The notes under the pieces were generated by a model, which saw only the letters and a list, made by a program, of their open reading frames with translations, ran no database searches and was not told the DNA's origin. This document shows, piece after piece, positions 1 to 12,780 of a stretch of DNA of 64,000 nt. Both the position numbers and the translations under genes were made by a program. Each line of letters begins with the position of its first letter. Within the stretch, counting starts at the first letter, position 1. Source of the DNA: Octopus sinensis (taxonomy: Eukaryota); the NCBI RefSeq assembly GCF_006345805.1, contig NC_043010.1, positions 26,040,001 to 26,104,000 of the forward strand, read 5' to 3'.

Positions 1-1699
1 CATATGAAAGGCGTGACCTCTAGGACAAAATTCCTCATCTTATAAAATGTGGCCCCAGTAGACCCGAATGAAATCGGGTTATATTAACCAAAAGGTGAAA
101 AGGGGTATAAATGGGGCTGGAAGGGGATTAAAATTTAAAGGAGCGAGTGTTTAGGAATTCTCTGTTACATCAAGCTAAAAAATTGCGCCAGCCTTTTAAT
201 CTTCAATGTGTTGCCGTCCATGATGAAGAGGTTTTGAATGCTTGCCATGGTGAGTCTACTGTCGTGAGAAAGAATCACTTCAAAACTTGGTGTTTACGAA
301 TTTTCTTTTACATCAAGTTCAAAATTTTACGCCAGCCGTTAAACTGTCAATACGTTGCTGTCCGTCGTTAAGAAATGCCAGTCATGGTGACTCTACTATC
401 CTCAGATTCTATCCCTTCAAACTTTGCTTTCCAATATTTCATTATTTTTATTCAGCTCGCAAGTTTGTCTGTCCCTTTTAAATGTTAGCGTTTTGCTGTC
501 TGCCTTGAAGCAGACCTTTCTGTTGCCACTGCCTGATATTTATGATTGATCTTTCTAAATATTTTATTTCTCAACTTACTCAAGATCTTTTGTTGTTTAT
601 AAATAGGAGAGAGATAGATAAAGATAGAGAGTAAGAGAAAGCGAGGGAGAGTCCGAGAGAAAAGAAAAGTAAGAGAGTGGGAAAGTGAGAGAGAAACAAA
701 GAGGGAGAATCATCATCATCATCGTTTAACGTCCGTTTTCCGTCCTAGCACGGGTTGGTCAGTTTGACCGGGGTCTGGGAAGCCAGGAGGCTGCACCAGG
801 CTCCAGTATGATCTGGCAGTGTTTCTACAGGTGGATGACCTTCCTAACGCCAACCACTCTGTGAGTGTAGTGGGTGCTTTTTTTGTGCCGCCGGCACAGG
901 TGCCAGGGGGGCTCGCAGCAGCAACGATCGGTTGGTGCTTTTCACGTGCCACTGGCACAGAAGCCAGTCAAGGCGGCGCTGCAATCGGCCATGTTCGGAT
1001 GGTGCTTTTTACGTGCTGAAAGGAAGCAACAGAAAGTAACAACCACACTCTTACCCGCGCGTAGAGCAGGTCACCTTCAGCTAGTATATATATACATATA
1101 AACGTGCGAGCATGACGGATTTCTTTTAAGTTTCTGTTTACCAAATCCACTCACAAGGCTTTGGGGCTATAGTAGAAGACATTTGTCCAAGGTGTCACGC
1201 AGTCGTTATATTAAACCCAGAACCAAGTGGTTTTGGAGCAAACTTCTTAGTACACAGCCATGCTTCTGCCTCTGTGTGTGTGTGTGTGTGTGCATATTAC
1301 ACACACACACATACATACATACGCACGCTCATATGTATGTTAGCCATTATTGTCCCTGACTATGCCTAACTTAATAACACCACCTATCATAGTCCACTCA
1401 TGTAAGGAGAATTTTGCCGAAAAGAAGGGCGTGTATGTGTATGCATCATAAGAACATGCTATAAAGGCGACACAGTGTCTTATCCTGCATATGGTACTTT
1501 AAGAAATTGCTTCTCTTTTCAACTTTGCGAGAGTTTAACCCTGCTTCATTTTTCACAGTGTATACATACAATCCATCAAATGGATTTTTATTAAACAAGA
1601 AATAATAAATCAATCAATAAAATTAATCCGATTTTCCACATAAATTAACGATTATTTCACATGTAACCTAAGTTTCTTCTTTCAGTTTCCTTTGATTAT

Positions 1700-2060
1700 T
1701 CTGTTTCACTTTCGTTCAGTCCACCTTCTTTCACTTTGTTGTTCGCCATTACACATAAATAGATTCAAGGTAGCAGTCCTCAACCTTATTTTTCCGTGAC
1801 GGTCTGAGTTCGTGCCAAACAATTTTCCCACGGACTTGGGGATCACGCGCATAACAAACCACAAAGTGTATATTATGTAATATATATTTATTACATCGAT
1901 CATCCATCCATCCACTGCAGAAACACCCTGCAGATTGCGGTAATCAATAAAATTTGTAAATTTTTTCTTTGTGTGTGGCCCACTACCAAATGATCCACTG
2001 TTTGGTTTATAGGGATCCGTGGCTTTATAGGGGGCGCGTTTGTCTTTAGGAGGCGGTGAG
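1700..2060. promoter_or_regulatory. Candidate promoter / first non-coding exon (donor gag|gtaacg at 2061)
   Basis: Non-repetitive, locally CpG-enriched stretch upstream of the gene with a plausible + strand donor. Inference only. Confidence 0.3.
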
Positions 2061-4312
2061 GTAACGTAATTAACATACTAAATTCTACCTATAGTAGTAA
2101 TTATATTATATATGATAAAACTAGTAATGGATGTTAAAATAAAATGAGCTCTCGTCGGGCACAGGCAAGTCACTAACTTGCTATGTATAAAGTAAATTTA
2201 CAACTTTTAAATTTTTTTATCATTTCACTGTTAAAAGCTTATACAATCCATGTTAGTTTAATCGTGTTTACCCCACTCACCATTTAGGTGGGCGCTAGGT
2301 ATTACAACAATTTAAAACTTTTGTTAAGCTGGTGTTTGTTTGGTACATGGTTTTGGTTCACTTTAAACAGGAAGTTGGTATCAAAAAGATTAAAGGTATT
2401 TTGTTGCTACTTCTAGCAGTTCAATCGAATGTAGAGATTAATCATGAATGAGCAAATTGGGGCCTGTGGGGTTTTTTGAATGTCAAGCTTGACGAAAAAT
2501 TACTTCGAAATTTTTTTTTTTAGTTGTAAGGTCTGTTTGATCACTGAGTTATGTCTCATGCAGCCCACTTCTCGAAAAAAGGTTACCCAAGCAACCTTGG
2601 TACTTCTTCATTTCTAGGGGTCCCATGAAAATAAAAATGAAATGTTTTTACCTGTTTGAATATGTTTGTTTATCTTGTCCAAAGTGAAGATACAGTTACC
2701 TCCTTAACTGGGTCAATGAAAATTATTGGTTGTCGGGGGCGCTGAAAATTAAATTGATGAAGGTAGTGTTTGGTAATGCCGAGATAGCTCATGGACTGTT
2801 GTTTCTGCTAAAACATTTATGTTGCACTATATCTAACTGGTACTGTGTTTATTTTTACCATTCACGATATAGTAATTAATCATTTAATTTTTTTTTATTG
2901 AAAGACACTAGATCCTTACTTTCATTTTTTCTAGAAAAAAAAGAAACGTTCTCGAAATAAAAACATCATTAAATTTTTGACAAGGCAAGAACTTTTACCT
3001 TCCTGGGTCCTCAGAAATATAGTAGTGTCTAAAATTTTCTGAAACCAATGTTTGATAGGGTGTTTGAAAGTAAAGAATACGTGCACCCGGTTTTGGGTTA
3101 GGGTTTTTGTTATGCCGAAAACGGGTGGTGTATGTCGTCTTTACCTCCGCCCAACAAATGTTTCAGGAGAAAAAAAAAAAGAAACAAACTTGAGGCAACC
3201 GACTCCTAGAAGTCCAATTATTGCCTTCAAAGCTAACAAACCCACAAATGTTCGAAATTTCCAATAAAATACATAGAAATTAAATGGAGTTTACAAAGAC
3301 TACAGAGATGGGACAGAAAAGTTATGCAGAGAAAAGGTTAGGGGTGAAAGGCGTTAAAAAATGTAAGGGGACAAGTTACAAATGATTAAAAGCAAATAAT
3401 TTACATGGAATAAATAAAAACGAAAGGAAAATTAGTCCTTCTTTCGATTTACCATTGCAACGTGAAAGCGGAAGTTTTTCGTTAGCAATCAGTATCAAAA
3501 AGTTGAAATTTCGAAAAAGAAAGTTAAGTTATAATTTCTGTATTTTGAAATGCAGAATACCCCGAAAAATATTTCGCAAAGTAGTTAAAAACGAAAAATT
3601 TGAGATGAAACAAAATCGTAATTTATGTTTAGGGAAAGCCTACGAATCCAACAAAAACAAACCCAAAGTGGTGACACCTATTTGATGTGTCCGTCCAGGC
3701 ATAGCTGAGTGGGGACAATATTTTCACTTACATTTGGTAGTTACAAACCAAAAAGAATGCCAAAAAAGTTAATAATAAAATACAGTAATTAAATCAAAAT
3801 ACATAAAAATTATTTTAATATCATATTTCTGTTGAAACACATTACCATTGTTTCAATTTTTTAAATAATGAAGAATTTACTAAAATAATTTAGTCATTAT
3901 TAAGTTGGTGTTTGGAACCAAATAACATAAAATTTTGTTAGATTAAAAATTTATGTCACTTTAAAACAGGAAGTTTGTGTCACAGAACCAGAGGTGGGTT
4001 CAGGTAGGTCTGTATCAAAAGGATTAAATACTCTCTTGTGTTGATTAGGTTACTCCACTGCCTGTTCAGGGTACTCCTCTTCTTCAATTTTTATATTGCA
4101 CGTTTGGATGACCTCTACTCAACTCCCGACGTCTAGACTTCTCCCTCTATATCTACGTATTGGACTAGTCTACTTCATCGTCTGGGGGCGTCCACACAAC
4201 ACCTCCCCCTTTTGAGTTTTTTAAACCAGAATTTATCAATTTTATTTCCTCGGTGAGAAACTGGCATATCATTTTCTCTTGGCATTAATTTCCATCAATT
4301 CTGTAGGTTTTC

Positions 4313-4675
4313 TCACATTTTAAAAATCTTATTTATGAACCTATCATTTCCCAATTTCAATTTAATTTCTTCCAGTGTTTTGTCAAAAATAGAACAAATT
4401 TTTCTGGAAAACATCAAATCTGTAGGTGACCTACCCGACTGCAAAAACTTTGTCATATTTGTATCTTCAAGGATTTCCCGTCTGGTCTTCCTTAAGGCTC
4501 TCTTGAATGTGTCGACGAATCTTTCTGCTAAACCATTTGACCTTGGATGGTATGGCGGAGTTAACACATGCTTCATCTGAACCGACTTACAGAACCTTTC
4601 GAACTCCTTCGCCGTGAATTGTGTACCATTATCTGATACAATCGTACCTGGCACTCCATAATGTTGTCTTTTCAT
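4313..4675 (-). mobile_element. Gypsy-type LTR retrotransposon integrase fragment (decayed)
   Basis: Translation [21 protein letters not shown]...[20 protein letters not shown] is the retroviral-type DDE integrase core. No LTRs found. Confidence 0.9.
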
Positions 4676-6254
4676 TATAAATCCTCATGTGCTCTTTATA
4701 TTAATATTCTAGAAACCTCTGTGAGGTGCTCCATGATCATTTTTTTTTTTTCGTAGTTTCATCTCATCTCTCATTTGATCAGTCCTTCCTCTGGTCCAGG
4801 CTCATTCATGTCATATACATATGTCTTCTGTTGCATTATTGTTATCCTTTTCAATGTTTGTACACCAATTTCGGTCAGGCAGGATATGGAATCCTTCTCA
4901 TTTGTGATGGCTCACTTTTACAAGAGACAAACACTTCTTCCTCACCAAACAGGTTATTCCTCTTCACAAAGTGCTAAGCCTTTCTAGATTGACTCCTCAC
5001 ACAGAGCATTTCCTCTTTACATTAGGTTTAACCCTCCTTACTCTCTTAGTCTTTTCCAGTTGTTTTCTTTAAGTTTTGTTTTTCAAACAAGTTTGTCAGT
5101 TTTCTTAGGTATCTGTATATTCCCTGACTTCATAAGTAATTGGAATAATACTGCTGGGAGGAAGAAACTTTTATTGATTTAGTTCCTGCTGTTATTAGTG
5201 TTCTTTGTTTTTCTAGATGACTCTCATCTCTGTCAGTCGAGTATGGCTGTAGTCTAATGACTGAAACCAGTAAAAGACAGAAGTCATATGTTTGTGTGTA
5301 TCCTTTCCTTGACATCATGTAATGGTTGTAAATAGGCAAGCAATGTTGTTTTCTGGTCTTCCATGGAAAATAAAAATGTCTGATCTTGGGGAGATATTAC
5401 CTTACTTGAAAACTGGTGAAAGTAGTCAAAAGAAAGAGCATCCAGTCATAGAAAATTTTCCTCAATAAATTCTGCCTGACTCAGCCAAGTGTAGAAAAGT
5501 GGATGTAAGATGATGATGACAATTTGAAGTGATTGAATGACAGCTGCTCTGTTATCTAATCTTGCAGCGACAGATGCTTGGTTGAAGACTGCTCAGTAGA
5601 CATGTTAGGTACCAGTCATTATCTGTGTCAATTCATTACTCTTCTTTCAGAAATCTACCATGTACTTTTAGTCAAGCAAATGATTATTGATTTCAAATTT
5701 AGGCACAAGACCAGCAATTTCAGGAGAGGGGTCTAGTTGATTACATCAAACCCCAGTGTTTAACTGGTACTTATTTTATTGATCCCAGAAGGATGAAAGG
5801 CAAAGTTGACCTTGGCGGAATTTGAACTCAGAACATGAAGACAGACGAAATACTGCTAAGCATTTTGCCTGGTGTGCTAATGTTTCTGCCAGCTTAAAGC
5901 AAATAAATATTAGGGCAGCGAGCAGGCAGAATCGTTAGCACGCCAGGCAGATTGCTTAGCGGTATTTTGTCTGCCATTACGTTCTGAGTTCAAACACCTC
6001 CGAGGTCGACTTTGCCTTTCATCCTTTTGGGGTCGATTAAATAAGTACCAGTTTCGCACTGGGGTCGGTGTAATCAACTTAAACCCTGTTTAGCCCCCTG
6101 TGGGCAATAAAGAAATAAATATTAACAGTAAAAATTGACTTTAAAAATAAAAAAAAAGTATGTGATGCTATTGAATTTAGTTTTCCAAACTTCTGTTTAT
6201 CATTTTCTTTCATGTGTATGTGTTATTAATTATTTTTATTTGTTTATTTTGCAG

Positions 6255-6464
6255 GTCTTTTTTTTTTTCAATTTCCGGAAACTGCCAATTACACAAATTG
6301 GTCTGTCTTTCTTCCTTCCCTTTTTCTCTCCCTTTCTCTTTCTTGGAGAACAGATCGGATTTGTGTAACTAAAAGAATTTGTCTTGAGAGATACCACAAG
6401 AACGAAAACAAAAAAAGTCCTCATAAAGATTGCTGAAGCAGTCGGTGGCTGTGTTGGTGTCCAG
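6255..6464 (+). other. Probable 5'UTR exon of the Tudor-MIF4G gene
   Basis: ttattttgcag acceptor, ccag|gtaagt donor. No ATG in 210 nt. When spliced to 12680 it places an in-frame TAA upstream of ATG 12705. Confidence 0.55.
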
Positions 6465-7036
6465 GTAAGTGATCTAAATTGAACAGTGGCGAACCTACCT
6501 GAATGTCACATGTATTGCAAGTACATGTGGCATTTGGTTACATTCACACCCATCCATTTATATTTTATTGACAGAGATCTTCATTTTTCCATCCTTGCAT
6601 AGGTCAAGATGTGAAGGTGCGTGACCTAGTGGTTAGGGTGTTGCACTGACAATCGCTAAATCATAGGTTCAATTCCCAGATTGGGCTGCACATTGGTGTT
6701 CTTGAGTAAAACATTTTGTTTCATGTTGCTCTGTAGGCAGGACAGTGACAGGTGCTCTGGTGCATTGGTAGAGATGCTTTGTGGTATATCTTCTGGCTCT
6801 CAGTATTCTGAGTTCAAATCCCACCTGCCTGGAGAAGGCAACAGGAAACCACTCCAGTATTAATGCCAAATCTAGTCATGGCAGCCAAAGTTCCAGTAAT
6901 CTGCTTAATGGTAGCAGGGGAGAGTGTGGGCACCCCCAGGTCATATAGAGAGTGCTAGAGAAGGCTCACATGCACAGGGCCTGCCCATGGGCAAACCATG
7001 AGGTGCGATATGAACATTTAACGTGGTTTTATAGTC

Positions 7037-7136
7037 NNNNNNNNNNNNNNNNNNNNNNNNNNNNNNNNNNNNNNNNNNNNNNNNNNNNNNNNNNNNNNNN
7101 NNNNNNNNNNNNNNNNNNNNNNNNNNNNNNNNNNNN
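7037..7136. other. Assembly gap (100 N)
   Basis: N run. Confidence 1.
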
Positions 7137-7199
7137 TATCAACATAAAAAAAGCACTACACTGTGTCTCATATTTTTGTTTGCCCACTCTGTTATACAT

Positions 7200-8872
7200 A
7201 TACATGTATGTATATGTGTACATTCATATTTATTACATCAAAGACAATGTCTTTATGTGTTTGTGTATTACTTATACGTTCGAAAAGTGCTGCACCGATC
7301 ATAATGAAATTTGGAACACAAAATCCAAGCCTAGGGAGAAAGTTAATGCTGTGTGTTTCATACAATTTCATGTACCAAAATTACTGAATGGGTCCTTATG
7401 ATATTTGAAACTTAGATTCAATGCATAAGGGCAGGTATAATGCAATATGTTTGGTTTGAATTTCAGATGGCTTAAAGGGGGCAGAACCCCCCATGGAAAT
7501 TCATAAATTTTCGATGTTGATGAAATTTCAACCATGGGTAATTGACACACATCAACAAGTAGACTCAAAGTTTCCACATGAAGATTCTAAGACACCCAAA
7601 TTTTAGTTATTTCTTTTGTGATCCAAAACTAGGTCAAAAGTAATGAATGGATCTTTATGAAATTTGGAAATTATATTCTATGCATAAGGGCCATAACCCC
7701 CATGACAATTCATATATTTTTGCTGTTGATGAAATTTTAACCATAGATATTAGATACAAATGAAGTAATATTTATAAAATTTCATCTTCTTACAAGTTAG
7801 AAAGACTCCTTCATGGGGACTTAACACCCACAATTTTGTCATTTTATCTAAGCAAAGACGAATAGTTGTACTCTTGGAAGCTGTGGGGGTCATCCGAGCA
7901 TAGAAGATGAGCATGATTTGTAATTCAATGGTACAACAGTGTAACAGTTTGCTTTGGCATACACTTAGATTGTGATTTTTGCAATGTGCTGCATAAATTG
8001 TCAAGTAAATGAGAGGCATCTTTGCCTCCACTGATTCAGTTGCAAAGTGTTTAGTAAAGTTATTTGATTGCAGATTTCCTTTCAGTCTTTTTATTATCAC
8101 TGCATCACACCACTTGGTAACATTGATTTCAAGGCCTTCCCAGATGAGTGACTGGTTATTCAAAGACATTTATAGATTGTATATTTATTGTCCAGTTACG
8201 TATCAGTATAGTGGTCATTTGCAAACTCCAACTTTCATTTCTCCTTAGCCCTCATGTCACACAGTTGTTAATGTTTATTTCAGTTGGGTCACACCCTTCA
8301 AATTGCTATAGATTCGTAATGCATCTTACGGCTGTGCCTGTCACCTGCATGGTGAGGAATACTACATTGGGAGTGGTAACGACTAGGGTACTGTAGCTGA
8401 CTGCTTATTGTGATCATTCGTCTTTTGGTTTCATGTAGCTTTGCTCTCTTTTACAAACCCAGTGAACATATATTTCCTATTTCAAAAAAATTCAAACAAT
8501 AGATATAAGACCCAAGTTAAAAAGATTCTCAACAATTCAACTTCTCTGGTTGACATTAAGATGTCCACCCCCAATAGGGGTGTTAACTGTCACATTTTAG
8601 AGCTCCATGACCACCCATTTTTCAGGAGCAAAATCCTTTTAACAGGTTCTATAAGACTGGAATTTTGGAATATGCTCATAAAAATCAGTAGTATGGGATA
8701 CATGTGGCACGATTACAATTTTTTTAGGGTGTGTAAAGAGGGAAATAACCCTCATTTGCAATTTTGATGAAATTCGAAACATAGGTATTCCAGTTCATTA
8801 CAGAAAATATAACAGAAAAGTCTAATTCTTCAATTGTATGTAACTCGGGCAACGCTGGGTAACTCTGCTAGT
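7200..8872 (+). mobile_element. Non-autonomous Helitron-like (DINE-1/HINE-like) element
   Basis: 3' GC-rich motif actcgggcaacgctgggt followed by CTAGT (8868-8872). 5' microsatellite plus ccgatcataatgaaatttgg motif. Internal diverged sub-repeats at ~7310-7760. The 5' end is uncertain because of the gap. Confidence 0.6.
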
Positions 8873-9273
8873 ATGTGTATATATAACTTACTTGGAAAAG
8901 GATACGTGGCATTCGATCATATAATAATATAAATAATATATAAATATATGCATATATACATACATATATGTACATACTTACATATATATGTATATATACA
9001 TGCATATATGGGTACAGGGCATCAAAAAAACGTTGAACACAATGACAAACGAAAACATAAAAACAAAAACATAAAAGTAAAAACATAGAAACGAACTTGT
9101 TTTCGAACAACAAAAAAACCCCAGAGAAACAAGACATGTAACATAAAGAACATTCCCCTTCTTCTGTTGTCCCTGTTTCACCTACTCCATGTTTCAAAGG
9201 CAAGGACAAGGCACGACTTTGTTGAAACAGTGCTTCCTGCAAAGCAAATTAAGTAAAATTTGGGATTTTTTGC

Positions 9274-11503
9274 GGAGGGTGAAATTGGTAACAAGAACAG
9301 GACAATGTGAACAAAACTGCTCACTCTTCTACCTTTACTATCTCTTCTCTGTCTATCTCTCCCCCTCTCTTGTTCTTCATCCTTTCTGGTTTTCTCTCCC
9401 ACTCTTCCCTATTCTTCTCCTCTTCACCGTTCCCTCTCTCTCACTCCTCCTCCTCGACTCTCTCGTCGCTGACACGTGACGAAAGATAATCTGTCTTTCT
9501 GCCCATAACCTTTGAAAAGAAAGGATGTGCTTCGTACAAAACTCAACAAGACCGAGCCGTGAAAATTGAAAAGGAAGAACGCTTCAGATATGAATACAAA
9601 ATCGCGGCAAATGCCAGTAGCAATCCAAAAACGTTTTTTGCCCATGTCCAATGGAATTCCCACTTGAACAACCAAATTGCAACGTTGGTAGACTCAACAG
9701 GTGTATCGATTGAGGACCCTTATCAACAAAGTCAATTATTTGCTGAGGCTTTTTCAACTATTTTCAAACAAGATGATGGTCGTGAACCCCCTCCATTTAA
9801 TAGATCGGTACCTCCAATGCTTCGATTGGTCATCACGCGGGACGAAGTCGATCGCGTTATTCAAGGCCTCGATGTCAACAAGGGTCATGGCCCTGACGGC
9901 ATACACCCACGGGTTATCAAAGTGTTGGCTCCGGTCATCTGCGAGCCCTTAACACACCTATTCAATATGTCATTGGCGACAGGTGTTATACCTGCGGACT
10001 GGAGAACAGCGATAATCTGCCCAATTTTCAAGAAAGGGAGCCGCGAAGACCCGCTTAACTACCGACCGGTTTCCCTTACATCAATAATCAGCAAGATGTT
10101 CGAAACCATCCTTAAGAAAAGTATGATGCTCCGCCTCCAAAACACAGCCTCTATCTCTGATTCCCAACACGGCTTCGTGCCGAAGAGATCATGCTTGACC
10201 AACTTACTGGTAATGGAAGAATTGGTGACGCGCATCCTCGATGATAGTGATGCTGTTGACATCGTTTTATTGGATTTTGCCAAAGCTTTTGACTCGGTAA
10301 ACCAACGCCTATTACTTGTCAAGCTTCAAGCATATAGGTTCCATCTGGATATTGAATGATGGGTTGGTGCCTTCCTCTCAGATCGCTCCTTCCAAGTCCA
10401 AGTTAATGGTTCACGGTCCAACGTCTCCAGTGTGAGCAGTGGCATGCCTCAAGGTTCAGTGCTTGGGCCCTTATTGTTCTTAGTCTTCATAAATGACTTG
10501 CCCGACGACCTCACGCAACACACCCTTCTATTTGCCGACGATGTCAAACTGGTCGCTCCTCGCGGTGATATAGAGGATCTTCGTCAATGCCTCCACCAAA
10601 GTTGGAGATGGTCTAACGAATGGGACCTGTGTCTGAACGTGTCAAAGTGCTGTCATCTGCCTGTTGGCTATCCTCCTGCAACTCAACTTGATTTCGAGCT
10701 GGGTCGTCTGCTGCTGGAGAGGACCGATCAGGTATAGGACCTGGGTATCTTGGTGGATTCCTCGTTTTCGCCTTCGGCCCAGTGCATCCATGCTGCCAAC
10801 AAAGCACGCGAAATTCTGTTCTTGATTCGACGGTCATTCGGAATGCTCACAGCAGCCATATTCCTACCGCTCTGTCACGCTGGTGAGACCCATATTGGAG
10901 TACGGGATTCAAGCCTCTTCTCCTTATCTCCTCAAAGACATACAGCATCTCGAAAGAGTCCAGAAGCTGGCTACCCGCATGGTTCTTGGTCTCAAGAATT
11001 TGTCTTATGAAGAAAGGCTGAAGACGCTCGACCTTTACTCTCTAGAAAACGACGACGCCGTGGTGATCTCATTCTCGCTCACAACATCATAAGCGGAAAG
11101 TGTAACCTCTCGAAAGAGCTGTTCTTCACTCCTGCTCCAGAGCGTCGGCTGCGGGGTCATTCTGAAAAGCTCTATCTGCGACGATTTCATCTCAATCGAA
11201 GGAGAGGGGCTTTCTCCATCCGGGTTGCGGATCTGTGGAATAAGCTGCCAGACGAGATGGTGAAGATGCCGACGACCGCTCGGTTCAAAGTCTCCCTTGA
11301 CCTCAAGTGGCCTGAACTCTATACATGAACACCACCCTGTACATAACTCCATGTCCCCCTACATGGCCTTGCTTTTTGCTTTTTGAGCCAAAAAATTAAC
11401 TAACTAACTAACTACCGTCTCCTTCATAAGCTCGTCTTCCTCGCCTTCAGAATATTTTTTCTATCATCTCACTGTCCCGTTCTTGTTACCAATTTCACCC
11501 TCC
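9274..11503. mobile_element. Small TIR element (31-bp TIRs 9274-9304 / 11473-11503) interrupted by the LINE
   Basis: ggagggtgaaattggtaacaagaacaggaca versus tgtcccgttcttgttaccaatttcaccctcc: reverse complements with 1 mismatch. Confidence 0.65.
9480..11415 (+). mobile_element. 5'-truncated CR1/L2-clade LINE reverse transcriptase, inactivated
   Basis: YRPVSLTS, QHGF...RSCLTNL, LDFAKAFD, G.PQGSVLGP and FADD motifs. Premature stops at ~10357 and ~10735, a frameshift near 10875, and a (TAAC)n tail at ~11397-11413. Confidence 0.93.
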
Positions 11504-11849
11504 ATATTACAAACAAGATCCAGTTTGTAATATATCTAAAAGTTCTGCAATCATCATCATCATCATCATCATCGTTTAACGTCCGCTTTCCATGCTAGCA
11601 TGGGTTGGATGGTTCAACTGGGGTCTGGGGAGCCCGAAAGCTGCACCAGGCCAGTCAGATCTGGCAGTGTTTCTACAGCTGGATGCCCTTCCTAACGCCA
11701 ACCACTCCGAGAGTGTAGTGGGTGATTTTATGTGCCACCGACACAGGTGCCAGACGAGGCTGGCGAACGGCCACGCTCGGATGGTGTTTTTTATGTGCCA
11801 CCGACACAGGTGTCGGTGGCACATGGTGGAAATAGTGGCAATGGGTGAC

Positions 11850-12440
11850 TTAATACAAAGATATCACTTAATTGTCTGTACCATGGCCCACAAAAAAGCT
11901 TTTGAAGCTGTTGACAAAATATTACCAGACATTAGACATTGCAATCCCATGATGGGAAATGTCACAGTATTATTGTCAGGAGACTTTTGACAAACACTAC
12001 CAGTTGTTCCAATGGGAAGTCTTTTGTATTATGGCATCATGTGAAAACACATCGGTTTTCAACAAATATGAGATTGAGGCTTTCAAGACATCAATCAGTT
12101 GAACTATTTTCATGTAATAAACAAACAGAACTTCATGTATAAAAATGATCTTTTTTCTATTTTAATTATTACATTGTTTTCTCTTACAAAAATATTTTAT
12201 CATTGCCATTACTGTATAGATAAATAACATATCACATACAACTCACTTATTATTGTTATATCATAAACAAACACAAGTTCATGTATGATGTTGATCTTTC
12301 TTCTACTTCAATTATTCCATGGTTTTCTCTTCTAAAAATACACACATACAGGAGGAGTAAATTATACATATAATAAGACTTTCAATGTAGCTCTTGATAA
12401 ACAATAAAAGTAATTACCTGCTCAATGATGGGTTTTACTG

Positions 12441-12445
<5 letters not shown>
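11850..12445 (+). mobile_element. Helitron relic: Pif1-like helicase fragment plus 3' end
   Basis: CTMAHKKAFEAVDKILPDIR...LLSGDF*QTLPVV matches Helitron helicase motifs II/III. CTAGT at 12441-12445. Confidence 0.8.
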
Positions 12446-12521
<76 letters not shown>

Positions 12522-12704
12522 CATTTTGTTTTATTTCATATCTCTTGAAGTTTCTAAATTAAAATAATAGTTCTTATAATGTAAACAACATATGAGTGTG
12601 TGTGTGTGTGTGTATGTGAATAAATATAATAGTAAAATGTGTGTAAAATATATTTGTTTTCCTTTTCTTTTTTTGCCAGTTGTGGGTTTTGGGTATTTTT
12701 CCTT

Positions 12705-12780
12705 ATGGATCTTCAGCACCAAGTTGGCAAAGTGACTCATGTCATTGACCCCAGCAACATTTGGCTACAGCTGTCAACAG
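12705..12780 (+). CDS. Coding exon 1 (exon starts 12680): MDLQHQVGKVTHVIDPSNIWLQLST
   Basis: Acceptor ttttgccag at 12679, donor gttggt at 12781. VTHVIDP..IW.Q matches the first strands of extended (Tudor-SN type) Tudor modules. Confidence 0.85.
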
